Source of the DNA: Candidatus Marsarchaeota archaeon
GTDB taxonomy: Archaea; Micrarchaeota; Micrarchaeia; Micrarchaeales; CABMGC01
Length of the DNA stretch: 64,000 bases
NCBI GenBank assembly: GCA_023379055.1
Contig: JAMCSX010000017.1
Span: 35,868 to 99,867, forward strand
Direction: 5' to 3'
Of the stretch, positions 1-9,397 are shown one piece after another. The notes under the pieces are model-generated. The model was not told the origin of the DNA. It worked only from the letters and a program-made list of their open reading frames with translations, and ran no database searches. The position numbers and the translations under genes are program-made. The first letter of the stretch is position 1, and each line of letters starts with the position of its first letter.

Positions 1-339
1 CGTAATCTCGTATACCCCCGGCACTGACACAGTGGTGCATGAGTCTATATTAAATGATTGGGAAACGGTTGTAGTTACCTGCGTGGGCGTGGATTTTGGT
101 GCAAACATGTATACGAGCACACCAATTATTGCAATAACCACCACTGCGGCCATTATCTTCTTGGCAATGCCAGTGCCCCCTTGTTCTTCTTCAAAAGGAT
201 GTTCATTCCCCGCTTCCGCAGTTGGTGGCTGAAGCAGCTGCTTTGGCTCTTCCGTCCCTGTATTATCAGGAGGTGACCCTGCCTTAAGGTTCCCATCCTC
301 TACCTCATATGAATCCTTTACCGGAGTTTCATCTGCCAT
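1..339 (-). CDS. Membrane-anchored surface protein, N-terminal part (runs off the window); possibly parallel beta-helix/NosD-like
   Basis: Manual translation from ATG at 339 is open to base 1: acidic N-terminus, TM segment IMAAVVVIAIIGVLVYMF, Thr-rich linker, then IDSCTTVSVPGVYEIT, which resembles the start of archaeal beta-helix domains. Not in the ORF track. Confidence 0.6.
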   Translation of the reverse strand, partial: MADETPVKDSYEVEDGNLKAGSPPDNTGTEEPKQLLQPPTAEAGNEHPFEEEQGGTGIAKKIMAAVVVIAIIGVLVYMFAPKSTPTQVTTTVSQSFNIDSCTTVSVPGVYEIT

Positions 340-394
340 AAGTCCAATCACGTTAACTTTATATCTTTGAATACTTATTTATAAATAACTAGGT

Positions 395-468
395 GCCCCG
401 TTAACTCAGCCTGGCAGAGTGCCAGTTTCGTAAACTGGAAGCCGAGGGTTCAAATCCCTCTCGGGGCT
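395..468 (+). tRNA. tRNA-Thr(CGT)
   Basis: Cloverleaf: acceptor GCCCCG(T)/(T)CGGGGC, D stem ACTC/GAGT, anticodon arm CCAGT-TTCGTAA-ACTGG, T arm GAGGG-TTCAAAT-CCCTC; no encoded CCA. Confidence 0.93.
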
Positions 469-626
469 TTCTTTTCAGAGGTTGAATCGCCCAGTTTCCC
501 ACAACGTTAATAAAGTGGGTAAGAAAGGTACTATGCCTGTGAGGGGCTAGAATTTGGAATAGCAATGGCTTCCTAGGATAGGCACATATATAAGGCCTGT
601 TGAGATAGTCTATTTAGTGGATACCT

Positions 627-1091
627 ATGAAGGTGGGATTTGCAGATACAACGTTTTCAAGGTTTGATTACGCGCCCGCAGTGCTGGGCGTACTGTCGAA
701 GAGCAGGCCCCATGTCAAGATTGAGCGCTATACGGTGCCTGGAATAAAGGACCTTCCTGTAGCTTGCAGCATTCTGTTCAAGCGGGGATGCGACATAGTC
801 ATCGCATGCGGCATGGTGGGCAAGATGCCGATAGACAAGCAGTGCTCGCATGAGGCGAGCATGGGCATGCAGGCAGTGCAGCTTATGGAGGGAAAGCACA
901 TACTTGAGGTGTTCGTGCACGTGGATGAAGCAGGGAGCGACAGGGAACTCTCCGAAATCTGCAGGAACCGTGCAAGCAGGCATGCGCAGAATGCACTGTG
1001 GCTTCTTTTCGACCAGGCTACACTGCGGAAGCGGGCAGGAACCGGAAGGCGGCAGGGCAAGGCTGACGAAGGGCCGTTGAGGAAGGTCTGA
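627..1091 (+). CDS. ribC: Archaeal-type riboflavin synthase
   Basis: VGFADTTFSR, RYTVPGIKDLPVA, HILEVFVHVDE motifs; adjacent to ribH. Confidence 0.92.
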   Translation: MKVGFADTTFSRFDYAPAVLGVLSKSRPHVKIERYTVPGIKDLPVACSILFKRGCDIVIACGMVGKMPIDKQCSHEASMGMQAVQLMEGKHILEVFVHVDEAGSDRELSEICRNRASRHAQNALWLLFDQATLRKRAGTGRRQGKADEGPLRKV

Positions 1092-1502
1092 ATGGTTTCA
1101 ATAGCAATAGTAAGGTCGGAATTCAACAAGGAGATAACATCGGCAATGCTGAAGCATGCAAGGTCGCATGCAATGGAGCTTGGACTCAGAATAGTTGCCG
1201 AGGTCACGGTGCCAGGCGCATTTGACATGCCGGTGGTGATAAAGAAGATGCTTGAAAAGAGGAATGTGGACGGCGTTGCTGCCATAGGCGCAGTCATAAA
1301 GGGGGAGACGAAGCATGATGAGATTATATCGCAGCAGGTAGCGCAGGCCATAACCTCCCTTTCCCTGAGATATAGCAAACCGGTTGGTTTCGGAGTAATA
1401 GGGCCTGGAGTAACATGGGTACAGGCCAAAAAGAGGTCAAGGCAGTATGCTGAGCAGAGCGTTGAGGCGGTTCTCAGGCTGCACAGGATACTCAAGGACT
1501 AG
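1092..1502 (+). CDS. ribH: 6,7-dimethyl-8-ribityllumazine synthase
   Basis: SEFN, VPGAFDMP, GAVIKGETKHD, KPVGFGVIGPG. Confidence 0.95.
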   Translation: MVSIAIVRSEFNKEITSAMLKHARSHAMELGLRIVAEVTVPGAFDMPVVIKKMLEKRNVDGVAAIGAVIKGETKHDEIISQQVAQAITSLSLRYSKPVGFGVIGPGVTWVQAKKRSRQYAEQSVEAVLRLHRILKD

Positions 1503-1516
1503 GCACAGGTGCACAG

Positions 1517-1915
1517 ATGCATCATACCTTGATCATCACCGGAAAAGTGATCGCGGGTCTTGGTGAGGGAAGGCGTTTCATGAGTTTAAGCGGATACAGG
1601 AAACAGTTTATAAAAAAGCTGGGCATCGATCCATATAAAGGTACGCTTAACCTGAAACTGTCAGGAGAAAACGCGCTGAAACTTGCGCGCATAGAGAAAA
1701 TGCGCGGGATAACCGTCAGGGGATTCAGGAAGGGGAAGAAGACCTTTGGCGCAGTTGAGTGCTACAAAGCGAGAATATTGGGAGCTGGCTGTGCACTGAT
1801 AATACCAAAACGCTCAAGGCATACGGATGTTGCCGAGGTCGTAGCGCAATGGAGGCTTCGCAGCGTGCTCGGGCTTGAGGATGGGGACAGGGTAAAAATG
1901 CAGGTTGCTGTCTGA
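1517..1915 (+). CDS. ribK: CTP-dependent riboflavin kinase (no HTH domain)
   Basis: GLGEGRRF, PYKGTLNL, LRSVLGLEDGD. Confidence 0.9.
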   Translation: MHHTLIITGKVIAGLGEGRRFMSLSGYRKQFIKKLGIDPYKGTLNLKLSGENALKLARIEKMRGITVRGFRKGKKTFGAVECYKARILGAGCALIIPKRSRHTDVAEVVAQWRLRSVLGLEDGDRVKMQVAV

Positions 1916-1917
1916 TC

Positions 1918-2301
1918 CTACTTTGCTATCAGCCCGGGAATCACGGCTATTGCAACTACCAGATTCACGAAGACTATGGACGTTATTATCACGTACGTCC
2001 AGTTCCCCCTGTGCAGAAACGACATTATGGAAAGCAGCACGCGGAGTATAGGGGTTGCTATCAGAACAATGATGCCGAGGAATATGAAGGATATGCCGTG
2101 CAGCTGCAAAACCCCGCCCAGCGTCTGTGCAATGCCTACTCCGTGGGAGCCCGACCCGGCGACGGGATTGATCAGTTGTGAGGTGGTTATTCCGATTCCG
2201 CTTTCAGACGATATTAGTATCAGGCCGATCAGCATAAGAGTTGAGGATAGGATTACGCCTAACCTTAGATTCAGCGATAGCAGATCCTCGAACTCCATCA
2301 T
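1918..2301 (-). CDS. DUF1634-like membrane protein
   Basis: Hydrophobic; GIIVLIATPILRV motif; coupled to the TauE gene as is typical. Confidence 0.75.
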   Translation of the reverse strand: MMEFEDLLSLNLRLGVILSSTLMLIGLILISSESGIGITTSQLINPVAGSGSHGVGIAQTLGGVLQLHGISFIFLGIIVLIATPILRVLLSIMSFLHRGNWTYVIITSIVFVNLVVAIAVIPGLIAK

Positions 2302-3149
2302 GCAATACCAAACCCCCTGAGTATCATTTCCATCCCCGCTATCGCAAGTATGACAAGAAACAGCACCTGTACCCTTGATCCGCGGATATCATCAAGTTTC
2401 TTTGAGCCATAATAAGATCCGGCAAGTATCCCGATTATTATGGGGGCGCACAAAAGCGGCTGCACGTATCCAAGAGACCAGTATATTGCAGCACTTGCCG
2501 CAGCAGTGACGCCTATCATGAAGTTGCTTGTCGCAGTTGTCACCTTGATCGGCAGTCCCATTCCCCAGTCCATTGCGAGCACTTTCAAGGTTCCCGAGCC
2601 TATTCCGAGCAGTCCGGAGATGAGCCCCGCAGCCGCCATTACCAATTCGCCGAACCACCACCTGAAGCCCGAGTACCTTACTGTCTCGTTTATTGCACGG
2701 TCATAGTACTTTCCGGATAGCTGGAATGCGCCAGTTGTCCAGTCCTTGTTCATTCTCCTCTTCCGGCCCTTTTTGTGCTCCATGAATATTGGGATTATTG
2801 AGATGAAGAGCACAATGCCGAATATTATGAATATGTCACTTGAGAGACCCTTCGCGTATATTGCGCTTGCTATAAGAGCGCCGATTATTGCGCCTCCGGT
2901 AGTTGCTATCTCCAGTGACATGCCTATCTTTATGTTTGACAGCCTGCTCTTTACATACGCGCTTGCAGCCCCGCTTGAATTGGCTATTGTTGCGATTAGG
3001 GCGGTTCCGGCAGCATACTCTATTGGAACACCGAGAAGCAGGGTAAGCACGGGTATGATGACCACTGCGCCCCCAAGCCCGCTGAGCGAGCCTACGATTC
3101 CGGCAACTATGCCCGTAAGCAATAGGAAGGCCAGGTAAACTTCAAACAA
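2298..3149 (-). CDS. Sulfite exporter TauE/SafE family transporter
   Basis: GSLSGLGGAVVIIP, SGLLGIGSG, TATSNFMIGVTAA; TTG start. Confidence 0.88.
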   Translation of the reverse strand: MFEVYLAFLLLTGIVAGIVGSLSGLGGAVVIIPVLTLLLGVPIEYAAGTALIATIANSSGAASAYVKSRLSNIKIGMSLEIATTGGAIIGALIASAIYAKGLSSDIFIIFGIVLFISIIPIFMEHKKGRKRRMNKDWTTGAFQLSGKYYDRAINETVRYSGFRWWFGELVMAAAGLISGLLGIGSGTLKVLAMDWGMGLPIKVTTATSNFMIGVTAAASAAIYWSLGYVQPLLCAPIIIGILAGSYYGSKKLDDIRGSRVQVLFLVILAIAGMEMILRGFGIA

Positions 3150-3218
3150 TGCATCACTGGAATGTGTGATTAGGTGTGGTAGAATAGATATATTATATCT
3201 TCTTGCGATTTATAGGAC

Positions 3219-3788
3219 ATGGGATCCGGACAGAAATATGTGATTGTGCTTGGTGACGCGTTGATGCCAAACGGCGAGATGACAGATACCCTTAGGCTTA
3301 GGCTTGAAAAAACGCTTGAGCTGTGCGCAGAGGGAATGCCCGAAAAGATAATAGTCACAGGCGGGAAGACAGTTGACGGAGTCCATTATTCAGAGGCATA
3401 CAAGATGGCAGAATACCTTAAAGATCACGGAATCCATGAATCGGTGATAGTTATTGAAGAGGAGGCGTTGAATACTATTGAAAATGCGTATTTCTCAAAG
3501 AAGATTGCCGGAGATGCAATCACGGACATAGTGGTAGTGACCTCAGATACCCATGCAGATAGGGCGTACACAATATTCAGGAAGATATTCGGCAACGAGT
3601 GCAGTATTATGATGGAGACGTCGCCAACACCGCCAGACAGACTGCTTAGAATATTGGAACATGAGCGCGCATCGCTCAGGGAAACAGAGACGTTTGGCAC
3701 GTTCAGAGGCGATAATGTCGACGCTCAGATAAAGGCGCTCATAAACAGCATGAGGAAAAAGGCAGGACGTGCGCAGATTGCCACATGA
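3219..3788 (+). CDS. YdcF/DUF218 family protein
   Basis: IVLG, IIVTGG, SEAYKM, NTIENA, VVTSDTHADRA. Confidence 0.85.
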   Translation: MGSGQKYVIVLGDALMPNGEMTDTLRLRLEKTLELCAEGMPEKIIVTGGKTVDGVHYSEAYKMAEYLKDHGIHESVIVIEEEALNTIENAYFSKKIAGDAITDIVVVTSDTHADRAYTIFRKIFGNECSIMMETSPTPPDRLLRILEHERASLRETETFGTFRGDNVDAQIKALINSMRKKAGRAQIAT

Positions 3789-3789
3789 C

Positions 3790-5031
3790 TCATTTCTTTT
3801 GCTGGATATTGTCCTTGAATGCCTTTAAGACCGGAAGATCCATTCCGGAGATAAATGCAAGCGCTGACCCGCCGCTGGTTATCCTCTTTCCCCCTAGCAG
3901 GTCGTATGCCCTGTCAAGCCCTATGTCGTCCACCGAGTCTGCGGAATTTCCGCCGAAGGTGTAATTCAGCGCCTTCTCCCCCATGAACCGCGTTATCAGC
4001 CTTATGGTCTGGTTGTAGCCTTTCTCATATCGTCCTACGGGGCCTGCATAGACTATCATCTCTGAACGGTCTATTTCCTCGAAGAATCTGGCAAGCGTTG
4101 CATCGCCTATGTCGGCTATGCTGCCCTTGCCAGGAAGGTTCTCGAGTGTCGCTGTCCCTCCGCCTTCTATTATGAAGTCCGTAGGCGCTATGACCCTGTT
4201 CCCGAATTCGCGCACTAGCCTTGAAGCCGTATCAATACTCCCGGTACCATTTATGAATCTCTCATTAGCACCGGTGAAGCTCTCCTTGTTGGTAACGTAT
4301 CGTACGGATTGTCCAGGCACGCCTCCGCAAAGTACGGTTACATTATTGTTCTTGGCAATCTCATACACATACTCGAATTTCTCCCATTTCTTTCCCCCGA
4401 ATATCACGGATGTCTTCTTTCCGGAACTGATGCTTGATGCAATCTCCTCCAGAATCTTGAGCTCAGATTCCATCTGAAGGCCCAGATATGAAGGTAGCAC
4501 TGGCAGGAACCCTATCAGCGAGGTGTCGGATCTGTGCATTGTGGCAGGCGCATCGTTTATGAATATCCCTGCCAGTCCTGCAAGCGACTTTACCATCCTT
4601 GAATCCGACATCTCCTTGACAGATCTGAACCCTGCCTTCTCGTCATCGTCGTCCCTGACGTTCTTTAGCATTAGCACCTCCCCCTCTTTCAGGTCCGATG
4701 CGGCCTTTGCGGCTGCATCGTTGGTAAGCGAGTCGACATACTTGACCGATAGGCCCTTGGTAAGCGACTCTATGACCTGGGCGTGCTGCTCCATGCTTTC
4801 CAGATAGTCGCTATCGCCCCTTCTTCCCTGATGGCTGAGGATTATTGGCGTCAGTCCGCTGTCGGAGTAGGTCTGGATGGATTTTGCGCACGACTTGAAC
4901 CGGAGATTGTTCCTGCTCACCTGCCCTTCCTTTACTGGCACGTTTATGTCGACCCTGACAAGCGCCTTGCCCTTTATCTTCCCCAGCTGGCCACTTATGA
5001 AAACCTCTTGCGGAAGCTGCATCGGATTCAC
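3790..5031 (-). CDS. pgk: Phosphoglycerate kinase (divergent)
   Basis: VRVDINVP, SHQGR, LKNVR, FINDA..MHR, GP.G.YE, SGGSAL. Confidence 0.88.
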   Translation of the reverse strand: MNPMQLPQEVFISGQLGKIKGKALVRVDINVPVKEGQVSRNNLRFKSCAKSIQTYSDSGLTPIILSHQGRRGDSDYLESMEQHAQVIESLTKGLSVKYVDSLTNDAAAKAASDLKEGEVLMLKNVRDDDDEKAGFRSVKEMSDSRMVKSLAGLAGIFINDAPATMHRSDTSLIGFLPVLPSYLGLQMESELKILEEIASSISSGKKTSVIFGGKKWEKFEYVYEIAKNNNVTVLCGGVPGQSVRYVTNKESFTGANERFINGTGSIDTASRLVREFGNRVIAPTDFIIEGGGTATLENLPGKGSIADIGDATLARFFEEIDRSEMIVYAGPVGRYEKGYNQTIRLITRFMGEKALNYTFGGNSADSVDDIGLDRAYDLLGGKRITSGGSALAFISGMDLPVLKAFKDNIQQKK

Positions 5032-6110
5032 TTGAATCTCTTCCTGGCTTCTCCCATCATTGCACGATATCCCTTGCTGTATTCAAGCTCCTCCGGTATC
5101 AAGGTTGCAGGATGCACGAAACCCTGCTCCCTCATCATCTCGGCCTTCTTTACGGCCTTGGTCCTGAAGTAGTCCCAGTCGGGGGTTTCAAACGCGTCTG
5201 TGTGGGCCGTGAATTTGCCCTCATGCATGCTGAATAGCAGAGCACTGACTATGGGTATGCAGTAGTTTGCCGTGGCCGCAGTTTTTATCTTTACAGGCAT
5301 CAGTGGCATGTGGTGGCTGCCACGCGTGTCGCCTGCAACGTAGTGCACTGTCTTGAAAACTGAGCATGCCTCCTCAGTAGCCGGGAAATCCTTCTGGAGC
5401 CTGATCAGTGCTGCAGGATCATCCTTTCCGACGTATGTGCCGCCTATGTTATGCAGCCTGTCAGTTGTGGCGGACAGTATTGGGTCTGTCGCATTCCTTA
5501 CAGAATCTATGACATACCTGCCAGGATACATGAGCACAGTGGCTATGAGGAAATTGTCCTGAGGTATGCTGAACTCCGCCTTCTTGTTGTCCATTACATC
5601 CATTACAGTAAGCTTGACTTCGCTTGCAAGTTTGGGGTTCACTATAAGCCCGGTGTTTGCAGAGGGCTCGCAGAATAGCCTGTATAGCGGATAGTTGAAC
5701 GCGCCAGGCTCGGTCTTGTCCATGGTTATTAGCGCGAACGCCTCATTAGGCCTCTCCTCGAACTCCATCTCGGCGACTCCGGGACCCATGCCCTTTACAT
5801 TTCCTGAAAATGAATCCTTCAGAAGGTCCTGGCCTGCGCCGTACAGCCCCTGGCCTTTTGCAACATCCGCAGCTGCCTTGAATGCATCCCATGCAAGTTT
5901 ATGCACTTTGCTGCTGTTAACCCCGTTCTTGTGTGACATCAGTATGTGTATGTCGTCTCCGGTGTACCCTATGTATGTGTCTATAAGCCCTGCCTTTGCC
6001 TTGTTCTTCTTTACGAAACGCTCCACACTGCTCAGAAGCTCGTCGCTTGGTCGGGTATGACCGCCTATCGAGCCCACATCTGCCTTTATCGCTGTTACGG
6101 TTATTCTCAT
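5028..6110 (-). CDS. fbp: Bifunctional fructose-1,6-bisphosphate aldolase/phosphatase (FBPase class V)
   Basis: KADVGSIGGH, GLYGAGQDLL, DKTEPGAFN, YVGKDDP, ELEY. Confidence 0.95.
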   Translation of the reverse strand: MRITVTAIKADVGSIGGHTRPSDELLSSVERFVKKNKAKAGLIDTYIGYTGDDIHILMSHKNGVNSSKVHKLAWDAFKAAADVAKGQGLYGAGQDLLKDSFSGNVKGMGPGVAEMEFEERPNEAFALITMDKTEPGAFNYPLYRLFCEPSANTGLIVNPKLASEVKLTVMDVMDNKKAEFSIPQDNFLIATVLMYPGRYVIDSVRNATDPILSATTDRLHNIGGTYVGKDDPAALIRLQKDFPATEEACSVFKTVHYVAGDTRGSHHMPLMPVKIKTAATANYCIPIVSALLFSMHEGKFTAHTDAFETPDWDYFRTKAVKKAEMMREQGFVHPATLIPEELEYSKGYRAMMGEARKRFK

Positions 6111-6352
6111 TTTATTACCTATTACGCCACTGTTGGCATCTTACACATAATCCTTGTGCACATAGCTGCAGTCCCACTTCCTTCCCGGATATTCAGATGT
6201 GACATCCTCCAATTAATGTGACACCGTTTTATCGAATACTATAACGCAATAACACCTTTTATAACTTTTCTTATCGGTTAATTTGCGAGGTCCACGGTTT
6301 ACACTGGACATCAGGACTGCCAAGTACTGCATCGAATGCAGTGCGGCGAATC

Positions 6353-7369
6353 CTACAAAGAGAGCCCTATGCCAAGGCTTCTGTCGGTTTTCTCTATAGA
6401 CTTTGCGGCATCCTTCTCGATGCTGCACATGGCGCGTATTGCGTCCACGTTCTCAGGTACGACATCTGACTCCTGGTGTACTGCCTGCATGTACTCCAGC
6501 CTGCTTCCATCTACCAGCATCTCCTTCCAGACCGCTATCTCGTAGAGGTCTCCCATTCCCCGCCCCATGTCCCTTGCCATGTCCATAAGGTGTGCAGTGG
6601 ACGCGAGCCCGTCCCTTGCGGATACCGCCACTATTCTTCTGTACCCCGACCATGCGTCGAGTAGCTCATCGCTTGTCGCCCCGCTTCCAAGCTCCACGGT
6701 CACGTGATGTATGTGCATAAGGGTGGTGGATGCCTTTATCGCTGTGGTGCTTATATTCAATTCTGGAATCACCGTCTTCACGTCATCGCCGTGATGCGAC
6801 GGCATCTGCTTCTCAAGTTCAAGAGCGTTTATTGGCCCCTTCTTGGTCTCGGAGGGGTCTGCAGCGCGCCTTACGAGAAACGCGTTGACGGATTTTATGC
6901 CGAATGCGGCCTTCAACGGAAAGAGCGTACGTAACAGCCCGGTAGTGTTGCATGACACAACCCTTGCATATCTTGCCCCGAATGCCTGCCCGTAGTTGGC
7001 GTATGCATTGAATGAGAGCCCAGATATCGAATGCTCCTCTCCGCCCTGCCATATCGCCCTGCATCCTGCCTTTTCGTACAGTGGCTTGTTCTTCTCGCCT
7101 ATGCCTTCGGGAGTGCAGTCCACTATGATGTCGACGTTCTGCAACAGGTCGTCTATTGTACCGGAAACTACCACGCCTGCCCTGTCGAAGGCGCCGGTGC
7201 CAGATAGATCTGACGAATATATCTTGAATCCCTTCGCAGATGCCAGCTTGGCCTTATAGTCGGGATGCCCCTTCGCTATCCCCACAAGCTCCATGTCGTC
7301 CTGCTTTGATACGGCGTAGGCTATGCGCCTGCCAATAACCCCGTAGCCGTTTACCCCAACCCTTACCAT
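6353..7369 (-). CDS. gap: Glyceraldehyde-3-phosphate dehydrogenase, archaeal type II
   Basis: VGVNGYGVIGRR, VVSCNTTGL, HQESDVVPENVDAIRAM; start moved to the ATG at 7369. Confidence 0.95.
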   Translation of the reverse strand: MVRVGVNGYGVIGRRIAYAVSKQDDMELVGIAKGHPDYKAKLASAKGFKIYSSDLSGTGAFDRAGVVVSGTIDDLLQNVDIIVDCTPEGIGEKNKPLYEKAGCRAIWQGGEEHSISGLSFNAYANYGQAFGARYARVVSCNTTGLLRTLFPLKAAFGIKSVNAFLVRRAADPSETKKGPINALELEKQMPSHHGDDVKTVIPELNISTTAIKASTTLMHIHHVTVELGSGATSDELLDAWSGYRRIVAVSARDGLASTAHLMDMARDMGRGMGDLYEIAVWKEMLVDGSRLEYMQAVHQESDVVPENVDAIRAMCSIEKDAAKSIEKTDRSLGIGLSL

Positions 7370-7463
7370 AAGACTCAGTTGAATGTTGCCGTCAAACAAA
7401 TAAAAGCCTTTGGTAGGCAGGTCGGACGAACATTTTTTTAATTTGATCATGCATCATACTCTC

Positions 7464-8204
7464 ATGAAGACGATACTGTTCAATTTCAAGACCTATGTTG
7501 ACTTTGACAGCACTATCAAGCTTGCGAACCGCATAGGGAAGATAAGGACAAAACATCGCCTAATAATTGCGCCGCCGACGCTTTTCATACACGCGCTTTC
7601 TGTGGTATTGAATAGCAAGAAGGTGGAACTGTGCGCACAGGACTTCGATTACCAGGAAAGCTATGGAGCACATACTGGCGACGTGCTCATAGAGGACCTC
7701 AAGGACCTTGGGTGTAGATATGTCTTGATAGGGCATTCTGAGGTCAGGAACAGAAAGGATCCGCACAAAGGGGACAGCGAGGAGCTTGTAGGCATAAAGA
7801 CCAGGATGTGCCTGAAGAACGGCCTTACTCCAGTGCTATGCTTCGGGGAGAAGCATGAGGAGAAGGAGGCGGGAATTGCCAAGGCCGTAATATCGAGGCA
7901 GCTTGATACTGCACTTGACGGCATAAGCAGGAAGAAGAGAAGGGGGATAATATTTGCCTATGAGCCGGTCTGGGCGCTCAGTTCGACTGCTGGCGCAAGG
8001 CGATGCGACGTAGGCTATGCAGAGAGAATGGCAGTGCATGCAAGAAAGGTGGTGGGATGCGGCAGGGGCGCAGTGCTCTATGGAGGCAGCGTGGATAAGG
8101 ACAATATTACAGATTACATCTCAAACAGGAGGCTTGACGGGGTGCTGGTAGGAAGGGCAGGCACGGACTTAAAGTCGCTGGGACGCATTGCCGGACTGCT
8201 ATAG
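7464..8204 (+). CDS. tpiA: Triosephosphate isomerase, bacterial-like
   Basis: NFK, GAHTGDV, IGHSEVR, AYEPVWA, LYGGSV; start at ATG 7464. Confidence 0.88.
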   Translation: MKTILFNFKTYVDFDSTIKLANRIGKIRTKHRLIIAPPTLFIHALSVVLNSKKVELCAQDFDYQESYGAHTGDVLIEDLKDLGCRYVLIGHSEVRNRKDPHKGDSEELVGIKTRMCLKNGLTPVLCFGEKHEEKEAGIAKAVISRQLDTALDGISRKKRRGIIFAYEPVWALSSTAGARRCDVGYAERMAVHARKVVGCGRGAVLYGGSVDKDNITDYISNRRLDGVLVGRAGTDLKSLGRIAGLL

Positions 8205-8894
8205 CCTTGAAGCTGCAGCCTTGTCTAACACAAAAACAGTGTCATCATGTTCCTGCAGAAACGACGCTGGCACATTGCTTGTTATGCCTCCCCTCACCGC
8301 AAGCCTTATTGCGTCGCTTTTCTCCTCTCCGGAGGCAAGAAGCATTATGCGCCTTGATTCCATTATCTCGTTTATTCCCATTGTTATGGCCATGTTTACC
8401 TTTGCATTATTCCGCAGTATGGTGTCAGACGAGAGCGATACCATCCTTATCCTTGAATTTCTCTCAGACCCGGGCTCATTGAACCCTATGTGACCGTTGT
8501 GCCCGATACCAAGCACCTGAAAGTCAAGAGGCCCCTTGCTCCGGTATGCATCGGCATAGAGCCTTACTGAATTGTCCCAGTTAAGCTCGGAATTTGGAAG
8601 ATAGACATCGTTACCTTCAATATCTATGTTATTGAACAGCCTCTGGGCCATATAGTAGCTGTAGCTGCTTGGATCTGACCTGCTTATCGGGTAGTATTCG
8701 TCTAGATTGAAGGAAACCTTGCCCTTGAAGGACAGCCTGCCAGACTGGCACTCCCTGGAAAGCAGATCATAGAGCAGGATCGGAGTATTGCCTGTAGCAA
8801 ACCCAAGAGATACCGAATCCTTCATTGCTTCCTTGAAGATCAGGAACGCCTTCTCTGACATATCTTTATAATTATCGCATACTATTATCTTCAT
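8199..8894 (-). CDS. nagB: Glucosamine-6-phosphate deaminase (NagB type)
   Basis: GFATGNTP, FNLDEY, LGIGHNGHIGFNEPG, AITMGI, VPASFLQ. Confidence 0.92.
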   Translation of the reverse strand: MKIIVCDNYKDMSEKAFLIFKEAMKDSVSLGFATGNTPILLYDLLSRECQSGRLSFKGKVSFNLDEYYPISRSDPSSYSYYMAQRLFNNIDIEGNDVYLPNSELNWDNSVRLYADAYRSKGPLDFQVLGIGHNGHIGFNEPGSERNSRIRMVSLSSDTILRNNAKVNMAITMGINEIMESRRIMLLASGEEKSDAIRLAVRGGITSNVPASFLQEHDDTVFVLDKAAASRL

Positions 8895-8943
8895 CTAACT
8901 ACGCTTCTGGTTATATACGATTAGTATTTGGTTGGGATAATTT

Positions 8944-9393
8944 ATGAATATTGCCATTTCTTCTGATGAAAAAAGCGACATTGCAGATTTCGTTGCCAGA
9001 TATCTGAAAGGAAGGGGGCATAGGGTAAGAAGGTTTGGTGCGGTATCTAAAAGGGCTGTGGACTGGGCTGATTCGAGTGAAGAGCTTGCAGAGGAAGTAG
9101 CAGGTGGAAAATGTGATCAGGGAGTGCTCTTTTGTTGGACCGGGACAGGATCCAGCATTGCAGCAAACAAGGTCCCAGGAATTCGCGCTGCGCTCTGCGT
9201 TGACTCCGAAGAGGCGCGCTGCGCAAGGAGATGGAATCATGCAAACGTGCTAGTGATAAGTACGAGGCTCACATCAGAGCATATTGCCAGGGAGATACTT
9301 GATGCCTGGTTTTTAGAGCCGGACGGCTCGAGCGCATATGACAAGAGAAATGTAAAAAAGCTGGCGGATATTGAGAGAAGGCATATGGGGTAA
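8944..9393 (+). CDS. rpiB: RpiB/LacA/LacB family sugar-phosphate isomerase
   Basis: FCWTGTGSSIAANKVPGIRAAL, ARRWNHANVL. Confidence 0.85.
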   Translation: MNIAISSDEKSDIADFVARYLKGRGHRVRRFGAVSKRAVDWADSSEELAEEVAGGKCDQGVLFCWTGTGSSIAANKVPGIRAALCVDSEEARCARRWNHANVLVISTRLTSEHIAREILDAWFLEPDGSSAYDKRNVKKLADIERRHMG

Positions 9394-9397
9394 CCTT

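Noticed and set aside
395..468. Non-canonical tRNA introns or editing (U-U mismatch at the base of the tRNA-Thr acceptor stem)
   Set aside because: All three tRNAs fold at normal length without bulge-helix-bulge inserts; one mismatch is not evidence of editing.
534..584. FMN riboswitch upstream of ribC
   Set aside because: Too short and lacks the conserved FMN aptamer sequence blocks.
6119..6205. 27-codon uORF (MSHLNIREG...) ahead of fbp
   Set aside because: No recognisable motif; an ORF this short is expected by chance.
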